In this document: piece after piece, positions 6,232 to 11,749 of the stretch
Position numbering within the stretch: the stretch's first letter is position 1
Layout of the letters: each line of letters opens with the position of its first letter
Origin: Candidatus Heimdallarchaeota archaeon
Lineage (GTDB): Archaea > Asgardarchaeota > Heimdallarchaeia > Heimdallarchaeales > Kariarchaeaceae
NCBI GenBank assembly: GCA_015523565.1
Contig: WAKA01000216.1
Span: 1-11,749 of the forward strand
Direction of reading: 5' to 3'
Length of the DNA stretch: 11,749 bases
Made by a program: the position numbers and the translations under genes
The notes under the pieces: model-generated
Database searches by the model: none
Seen by the model: only the letters and a program-made list of their open reading frames with translations
Told to the model about the DNA's origin: nothing

Positions 6232-8837
6232 TCCAGTTCAATTTTGGGTAGGATTTTGTCAAGCCACTTGGGTATCCACCAATTCCATTTGCCAGCCAGT
6301 CTCATTGCAGATGGCAAGATCATGATACGGGAAACAGAGGCATCAATGAATATAGCCACAGCCATTGCAAGTCCCATGGTCTTAAGAATCAGTATTGGTG
6401 AAAGGGCAAAGACGGTAAAGGTTGCAATCATGACTGTTGCTGCGCTGGTGATGACACCGGCAGTTTTTGACAATCCAATGCTGACAGATTGTATATTAAT
6501 TTCCTTTTGACTATGCCCACCTTCCTTTTGCAAGCGTTCTGTTTCTTCTTTTATCCGTGAGATGATGAATATTGAATAATCCATCCCTAGACCCAAGATA
6601 GTTGTGAAAAGGAAAATAGGAATGAAGAAAGTGATGCCAGACTGTTCAGCACCCAACAGCTCTATGAAGTTACCTTCTTGAAACACAAACACAAGCGTTC
6701 CTAAACCAAAAAGGATAGACCCTGCAATGGTGACAATTGCCTTGATTGGCAAAATGATACTTCTAAAGAGGACAAGAAGGGCAATGAACAAGGCAATAAC
6801 TGCAAAAGTGAGCATTTTTGGAACATCACCATATAATCTTGCCCGTGTGTCATAGAGTCCTGCACTGGCACCAGTCACATAGACTCCCTTGACACCATCA
6901 ATATTGTCAAACAATTCGTGAACCTTATCCCTGAGAACAGAGACTAATTCAAGTGCATCACCAGACCCGAAATCCAAGTTGGATGTCAAATCAATTATCA
7001 GGGTGTCATTTCCATATTCATAATTGACATAATTGGAGGTTCTGGCAACAAAGAACAATTTTTCTACATTTGGAATGGGGGTCAAGGTATTATTTGGTGG
7101 GACAGGAACCAAGAATACGTCAGGTGAATTAAGAATCTGGTTCACCTTTTCAAGGGAAAACGTTTGCAATTTTTCAGTCTGGGAATTAGTTTCAACATTT
7201 AGGCTATCAACGGTCTTGAATGTCAAAATGTGATGGTTCAAATGTCGTTGATATTTCAGGTTCAGCGCCCATTGAGCAAGTTCAATCGTTTTATTGAGTA
7301 TGTCAGAATTGAAAACACCATTTTTCTTGCCTGTATCAATTACCACCCTATAAGGTGTAATGGAACCCAAATCAAACTTGTCAATAATAAATTGTAGACC
7401 TTCACGTGATTCAGAACCTTGTGGAAGATTTTGGATGCTGTCAAATGAAAGGTCCGCTTGCATTGAAAGTGAGATGAAGGGAGCTAAGATAAGCAAGGAG
7501 AGAACAAGGAAACTAACAGGGAATTTCATGACTAATCGGGCCCAACGTTCCCAAAAACCTTTTCTTGTTTTTTCTCCGATTTTTATTTTCTTTATTTTTG
7601 TTACTTCACGTGATTGACCAGAAAGTATGTCAGGCCAATCAAGGAATCTTCCCCAAAGCGCAAGAAGGGCAGGAGTTAAAGTAACGGCAGTCAAGATTGA
7701 CAGGATCACCACTAAAGAAACACCAATGGCCATTGCACGAGTCAATTCAGAGTTTACAATTGCCAAAGCCATAAATCCAATGATAACTGCGATACCGGAA
7801 TATGCAACTGCCTGCCCAGATGTTCGAACCATTACGCTTGCAGATTCTCTCTGTGCATTTTTCATGGTATCCTTGTTCCAGTTGCCTGAACTTTCCAATT
7901 CAGCCTTTCTTTTTCGGAATTCCTCCCTGTATCGAATAATACTGAAAAGATTGTAATCAACAGCCACAGCTATTCCAATCATTGCAATAATACTGGGGAG
8001 AAAGTCACTGACTGCAATAATTCCAGCCTTGCCCATTAAATATGATCCAAAATAAGCACCATAAAGGCTTCCGACCAATGCAATCATGGGGATGGCAATG
8101 CCCATTGGAGATTTAAATACAAGAGCCAAAATAATAATGGCCAAGATTACAGAAATTAATTCGGATTGACGGAATGCTTTTTCACTGTTTTCTGTAATGT
8201 CCTTGAATTGGGCGGCCTCACCAGTCAGGTAATATTCGTTTTTACTTAGATCAGAGTCTGAAGCAAGTGATATTGGGAATGGAGATTGGGAAATTTTTTT
8301 GTCGATATAGGATTGAATCTGTTCATCATCAGCCAATATGTCACGAATGATTTTAACGTCATCCAAGACTTCATCTGAGGTTTTGTTGCTTGCTTGAATA
8401 TTCACCAGTGTTGTCTGCCCATCGCTGGACACCAATCCCGAAGCAAATTCTCCAGCCCCCGCCATGACAAGCAAGGGATAGGAAACAATAGAATAATAAG
8501 TCAGCGAGTTATTGTATAATGAAGAGTTCAAATAAAATGTGAAATAAAGCAACCAATTAGACCATTCTTTGCTAGTAAAGTTGGCGACGGGATTATTGAT
8601 TACTAATATATGGGTAGTACCTGTCTCATTGATATGAAAACGTTCCTTGATTAAGTCACTACCGATTCCACTTTCAGAAGAACTCTCTTCAAACCGCCGT
8701 TCATTTGAAACTTGTGAATTCAGTAATTTTGGAGCATTGGTTGAAATTACCAAACTAACAACCAGTAACCATACTACTAAAAAAATAACAGGGTGTTTTG
8801 CAGGGAGAGAAAGTTTTGTTTTTTTGAACTGTCCCAT
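6225..8837 (-). CDS. MMPL-family (RND superfamily) transporter, YdfJ/MmpL-like (about 870 aa)
   Basis: Two repeats of TM + large loop + 5 TM; proton-relay Asp-Tyr motifs GIAVAVDYNLFSIIRYREE and GLGMDYSIFIISRIKEE; family-typical C-terminus DASVSRIMILPSAMRLAGKWNWWIPKWLDKILP. ATG 8837 is preferred over 8936 because a TATA box lies 23-30 nt upstream of it. Confidence 0.95.
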   Translation of the reverse strand: MGQFKKTKLSLPAKHPVIFLVVWLLVVSLVISTNAPKLLNSQVSNERRFEESSSESGIGSDLIKERFHINETGTTHILVINNPVANFTSKEWSNWLLYFTFYLNSSLYNNSLTYYSIVSYPLLVMAGAGEFASGLVSSDGQTTLVNIQASNKTSDEVLDDVKIIRDILADDEQIQSYIDKKISQSPFPISLASDSDLSKNEYYLTGEAAQFKDITENSEKAFRQSELISVILAIIILALVFKSPMGIAIPMIALVGSLYGAYFGSYLMGKAGIIAVSDFLPSIIAMIGIAVAVDYNLFSIIRYREEFRKRKAELESSGNWNKDTMKNAQRESASVMVRTSGQAVAYSGIAVIIGFMALAIVNSELTRAMAIGVSLVVILSILTAVTLTPALLALWGRFLDWPDILSGQSREVTKIKKIKIGEKTRKGFWERWARLVMKFPVSFLVLSLLILAPFISLSMQADLSFDSIQNLPQGSESREGLQFIIDKFDLGSITPYRVVIDTGKKNGVFNSDILNKTIELAQWALNLKYQRHLNHHILTFKTVDSLNVETNSQTEKLQTFSLEKVNQILNSPDVFLVPVPPNNTLTPIPNVEKLFFVARTSNYVNYEYGNDTLIIDLTSNLDFGSGDALELVSVLRDKVHELFDNIDGVKGVYVTGASAGLYDTRARLYGDVPKMLTFAVIALFIALLVLFRSIILPIKAIVTIAGSILFGLGTLVFVFQEGNFIELLGAEQSGITFFIPIFLFTTILGLGMDYSIFIISRIKEETERLQKEGGHSQKEINIQSVSIGLSKTAGVITSAATVMIATFTVFALSPILILKTMGLAMAVAIFIDASVSRIMILPSAMRLAGKWNWWIPKWLDKILPKIELDH

Positions 8838-8859
8838 ATCATTTGTTGAATAATCGAGA

Positions 8860-8867
8860 TATAAAAA
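8860..8867 (-). promoter_or_regulatory. Putative TATA box for the MMPL gene (leaderless or very short leader)
   Basis: TTTTTATA on the minus strand, 23-30 nt upstream of ATG 8837. Confidence 0.6.
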
Positions 8868-8878
8868 CAACACCATTG

Positions 8879-8895
8879 TTGCATAGATCGGAATG
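8879..8895. promoter_or_regulatory. Candidate operator box 1, upstream of the MMPL TATA box
   Basis: TTGCATAGATCGGAATG matches the reverse complement of 8983-8999 (TTGCATATGTGCGAATG) at 13/17 positions. Confidence 0.4.
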
Positions 8896-8980
8896 ACATA
8901 ATAGCAAAAATTGGATTTCAATATTACAAATGTCATAAGCTATAATTTTTAATTAAACAATATGAACAAAAGGAAAGTTT

Positions 8981-9004
8981 TACATTCGCACATATGCAAA
9001 TATA
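8981..9004. promoter_or_regulatory. Candidate operator box 2, imperfect palindrome overlapping the regulator promoter
   Basis: TACATTCGCACATATGCAAATATA has 9 of 12 complementary pairs and overlaps a BRE/TATA-like GGAAAG-TTTTACAT (8972-8985). Confidence 0.5.
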
Positions 9005-9034
9005 GTGGAGGCATAAGAAAGATTATTATTCATA

Positions 9035-9997
9035 GTGGCATTTACTAGATTGAGAGTTGTGCCCGACGAATTTCCTCCAATAGAAAACTACTTTTCAAAA
9101 GCTTGGGAAAAGCCCTTTGAAGGATTATCCCATTCATTCACAGAATATGAACTCCTAAAGTTAATCAGTATGGGGAAGTCAAAGTCAATAATAGACATCT
9201 ATAATGGTTTTGTCAAAAAATACCCAAACATGGCAAAATCAAAGTCACAAATCTATAGGATCATTGAATCAATGGAAAGTGAAGGGCTAATCAAAACAAT
9301 GAAAGAAGGGAAATCGAAAATACTTTCCCTTACCGAAAAAGGGTACATTGAAATAGGAATGCTTACGAGATATGTGTTCAATTTCTTAAGGGAAAAAGTC
9401 ATAATAGAGGGGTTATGGACAGATATTTTGGAAATTGTAGTGCCAATAACAGGATGTCTGAGAAAAGGACAGGTTTTATTTTCAGGACCAGTCTCCTATG
9501 GGGTCGGCACGCTTTGGAATTCATGCAGGAAATGTCCAAACCCAGTCATGGAAACACCCCTTACGCCAATCTTCTTGGCATTGCCACACACGGATACGAC
9601 ACAGCCACCATTAGAGGAAGTTACAATTCAAACAATTGACACACCAGACCCATATGACTGGTTGCCAAAAAAAGAAAGCGTGGATATTGTTTCTGCAATG
9701 AGCCTTATTACCAAATTTGGATCAAGGATAGTAGATGAGATTTATAGGGTTTTAAAACCAGGGGGATATGCCTTAATAATTGAGCCAGTCAAAACCACCC
9801 CAAACATAATCCTGCAAATGTACAATCAGATAATTGCCACGGACAAACTGGAAACTGCAAAATTTTGGAGTGTTAAAAAGACGGAAGACAATTTGAAGGA
9901 TAAGAATGAAATTACCGAATTACTTAGGGAGAAGTTCGGGAATGCAATGGCGATACAAGACACATTGATGCATTTAGTGATTTGCAGAAAAAATTAG
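9035..9997 (+). CDS. PadR/MarR-like winged-helix regulator fused to a degenerate class I SAM-methyltransferase-fold domain
   Basis: N-terminal YELLKLISMGKSKSIIDIY...SKSQIYRIIESMESEGLIK...KILSLTEKG is a PadR-type wHTH; C-terminal LPKKESVDIVSA...IVDEIYRVLKPGGYALIIEP matches the later class I methyltransferase motifs; no canonical D/ExGxGxG motif I is visible. Confidence 0.8.
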   Translation: MAFTRLRVVPDEFPPIENYFSKAWEKPFEGLSHSFTEYELLKLISMGKSKSIIDIYNGFVKKYPNMAKSKSQIYRIIESMESEGLIKTMKEGKSKILSLTEKGYIEIGMLTRYVFNFLREKVIIEGLWTDILEIVVPITGCLRKGQVLFSGPVSYGVGTLWNSCRKCPNPVMETPLTPIFLALPHTDTTQPPLEEVTIQTIDTPDPYDWLPKKESVDIVSAMSLITKFGSRIVDEIYRVLKPGGYALIIEPVKTTPNIILQMYNQIIATDKLETAKFWSVKKTEDNLKDKNEITELLREKFGNAMAIQDTLMHLVICRKN

Positions 9998-10341
9998 TTG
10001 AATGGATGGATGAATCCAGACAAAACATATTCAATGGCATGTGGGTCACCCTCCTTGATAAGGGTTGCAGCTTTTTTCAAATCATTAAGATCATGGCTTG
10101 TATAATCAATTTCCGGATTGTCAGAAATAAGAACAAGCCATGAATCTTCACTTATCCTGCTCCTTTTCACAGATTGCTTTTCAAATTGCATAATGTCCCC
10201 ATCAGGTTCATGGAGATAGGCATCAGCATTTTCTGCAATTTCATCAATTATCTCTTGATCTTTGTCCATAGTGGTCTCGTTGAAATATTGTTCGAAAAGA
10301 GGGAAACCTTTGACTGAGACCAATACAAATGCCCTAATCAT
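9994..10341 (-). CDS. Small longin-like (sigma/mu-adaptin N-terminal type) domain protein, 115 aa
   Basis: The start MIRAFVLVSVKGFPLFEQYF follows the MI-hydrophobic strand-G-P-aromatic beta1-beta2 hairpin pattern of longin folds, followed by a predicted helix, three strands (ending WLVLISD) and two helices. ATG 10341 preferred; TTTAGAAA lies at 10371-10364. The CDS is more certain than the fold call. Confidence 0.6.
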   Translation of the reverse strand: MIRAFVLVSVKGFPLFEQYFNETTMDKDQEIIDEIAENADAYLHEPDGDIMQFEKQSVKRSRISEDSWLVLISDNPEIDYTSHDLNDLKKAATLIKEGDPHAIEYVLSGFIHPFN

Positions 10342-10397
10342 TGTTTCATCTGTGAAAAAGGGGTTTCTAAAGATAAAGTTTGAGCACAAATTTCAAG

Positions 10398-11042
10398 TCA
10401 AATTTTTTGGTTTTCAACCATTTTGATTTTTCGGATCATACGCAGAAGAACGACAATCATGGAGACCAGAAGAAAAGAAGATATAACCAGTTTTATTTCG
10501 GGTACATCCAAGGGATTTTTAGACTTTGTATTGAAATTCGGTTTAGTTAAATTACCAGGAAGAAATGGATCGATTTGATCCAAAATATCATTGGTGTTTT
10601 GTGCATCTTCCACATTAAATCTTTTTAGCAGATTTCCATCCGTATCAAAAAGCAGGTAGGTTGGGATGTATTGTATTTGATAGCCAGACTGAAAAACAAG
10701 GTCTTTATCAATTCCAAATTCCCAAGTGGCATTCTGCTGGGAGACAAATTCAGAAAGAGTTTCAGGATCATCTGAAGAGGGGGATACAGAGAGAGAAAAG
10801 ACAGACAATACATCTTTTCTTAGTTCTTGGACTTCTTTTAAATGTGGAATTGATTCTATGCATGGACCACACCATGTAGCCATGGTATCAACAAGAAGAA
10901 ATTTTCCAGAAAATTTGGAGAAGGGATACATTTGGCCATCCAATCCAAGATATTCAAGATCAATACCGTAAGATTCCGCATTTATTTGCGGGGTAGAAAG
11001 AAAAAGGAGAGAAAGAATAACAATTGCCATTTTACGACTCAT
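10398..11042 (-). CDS. TlpA/ResA-like thiol-disulfide oxidoreductase with signal peptide and C-terminal membrane anchor
   Basis: GKFLLVDTMATWCGPCIESIPHL active site and cis-Pro loop YIPTYLLFDTDG; N-terminal MSRKMAIVILSLLFLSTPQINA; C-terminal LVISSFLLVSMIVVLL followed by RMIRKIK. ATG 11042 preferred over GTG 11048. Confidence 0.9.
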   Translation of the reverse strand: MSRKMAIVILSLLFLSTPQINAESYGIDLEYLGLDGQMYPFSKFSGKFLLVDTMATWCGPCIESIPHLKEVQELRKDVLSVFSLSVSPSSDDPETLSEFVSQQNATWEFGIDKDLVFQSGYQIQYIPTYLLFDTDGNLLKRFNVEDAQNTNDILDQIDPFLPGNLTKPNFNTKSKNPLDVPEIKLVISSFLLVSMIVVLLRMIRKIKMVENQKI

Positions 11043-11063
11043 TAACACATCTAGAAAGTTAAA

Positions 11064-11073
11064 TTTTATAAAT
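11064..11073 (-). promoter_or_regulatory. Putative TATA box for the TlpA-like gene
   Basis: TTTATAAAA on the minus strand about 22-31 nt upstream of ATG 11042. Confidence 0.6.
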
Positions 11074-11111
11074 TTACTAAAAGGGAACCTTCAAGGAACA
11101 TATTTGGAAAA

Positions 11112-11741
11112 CTATGAGACAATAGGATTCCATTGAATAGGAACTAAGGAAAGGATCATCCATAAGATAAAAACAGTCAATATTGCAACCTTATTTGTTT
11201 CTGATTTGAATGTAAAGTGGGAATATCTTCCTAGAACCCATCCAATAACACCAAGAGGACCAAGTGCAAGCAGATACAGTATTCTGTAAATGATCAAAAA
11301 GGGAGTATTTGTAAAGAAAAAAGAAAGAATGATAATCAATAATGTAAAGATAGTAAAAAGAAGCAGAACAAAAATTATGAGATAACCGCCTAAATACAAT
11401 TCTTTTGGGTTACCAACTTTTTTTTGTTCCCTAATCCAATCCCATATCAGTTTTGATGCAAGTATGGGGGGAATAACAGAAAGAACCAGCAGAACAATAT
11501 ATTGTGCGGAGTTATCACCAGTTGAATTCTTAGAGATTCCCAAAAAGAAGGAAGATAAAAAAGTAAATACCCATAGAACAATATTTGGAAAAATAACGAT
11601 CTTAGAGAGTTCCTCGTTTGGATTGGATTGAAGGAGAAAAACACCGACAATCCAGAATGCAAGAATTTCAGGAGTACGAGGGTAATTAAGTAAAGCATCC
11701 ATTTTTTTGTTGAAATCTGTGAACAGTTCCACAATATCCAT
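11112..11741 (-). CDS. Hypothetical polytopic membrane protein (about 6 TM); start may lie beyond the window
   Basis: A 209-aa ORF of alternating long hydrophobic segments and short charged loops; the frame stays open from 11741 to the window edge; no family recognised. Confidence 0.8.
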   Translation of the reverse strand: MDIVELFTDFNKKMDALLNYPRTPEILAFWIVGVFLLQSNPNEELSKIVIFPNIVLWVFTFLSSFFLGISKNSTGDNSAQYIVLLVLSVIPPILASKLIWDWIREQKKVGNPKELYLGGYLIIFVLLLFTIFTLLIIILSFFFTNTPFLIIYRILYLLALGPLGVIGWVLGRYSHFTFKSETNKVAILTVFILWMILSLVPIQWNPIVS

Positions 11742-11749
11742 ACCTGTCT

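Noticed and set aside
1473-8853. Short antisense ORFs within or opposite acd, VOC, iorA, iorB and the MMPL gene
   Set aside because: They are mirror-frame by-products of strong coding genes, with no motifs or independent expression signals.
8838-8936. 33-aa N-terminal extension of the MMPL protein
   Set aside because: It spans the TATA box and candidate operator; ATG 8837 fits the promoter spacing.
9005-9016. Mini-ORF GTG GAG GCA TAA in frame with the regulator, containing GGAGG
   Set aside because: Three codons are too few to support a leader-peptide or readthrough claim, and GGAGG is too far from GTG 9035 to be a clear RBS.
1186-9997. One system in which the MMPL protein exports aryl acids made by IOR/ACD under PadR-like control
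   Set aside because: Attractive because PadR senses phenolic acids, but the two blocks are convergent and I did not see the 17-bp box at the acd or iorA promoters; adjacency is the only support.
11060-11076. Inverted repeat TAAATTT-TAT-AAATTTA
   Set aside because: Purely A/T and coincides with the TATA box, so composition explains it; an operator role is unsupported.
9415-11734. Nested ORFs 9415..9639, 10625..10813, 10661..10879, 10726..10971 and 11447..11734
   Set aside because: All lie inside better-supported genes and show no recognisable features.
1-11749. CRISPR arrays, tRNA/rRNA, IS elements, defence systems
   Set aside because: No spaced repeats, no intergenic gap with RNA-gene features, and no transposase, integrase or nuclease motifs seen by eye.

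Overview
An AT-rich, gene-dense window that looks archaeal: TATA-like boxes sit about 23-37 nt upstream of most start codons, a GAGGTG Shine-Dalgarno precedes iorB, and N-x-S/T sequons cluster in exported domains. A stand-alone longin/sigma-adaptin-like protein suggests an Asgard archaeon (inference). Left to right it holds: (1) a window-truncated membrane protein on the minus strand that the ORF track missed; (2) a 64-aa orphan; (3) a fused ADP-forming acyl-CoA synthetase (ACD); (4) a frameshifted VOC/glyoxalase gene; (5) iorAB; (6) a convergent MMPL/RND transporter; (7) a divergently transcribed PadR-like winged-helix protein fused to a degenerate SAM-methyltransferase fold; (8) the longin-like protein; (9) an exported TlpA-like thioredoxin with a C-terminal anchor; (10) a polytopic membrane protein. 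The best candidate for an undescribed system is the MMPL / wHTH-pseudomethyltransferase pair, whose intergenic region carries two related 17-bp boxes, one at each promoter. I saw no rRNA, tRNA, CRISPR array or mobile element. All family calls rest on motif recognition by eye, not database searches.
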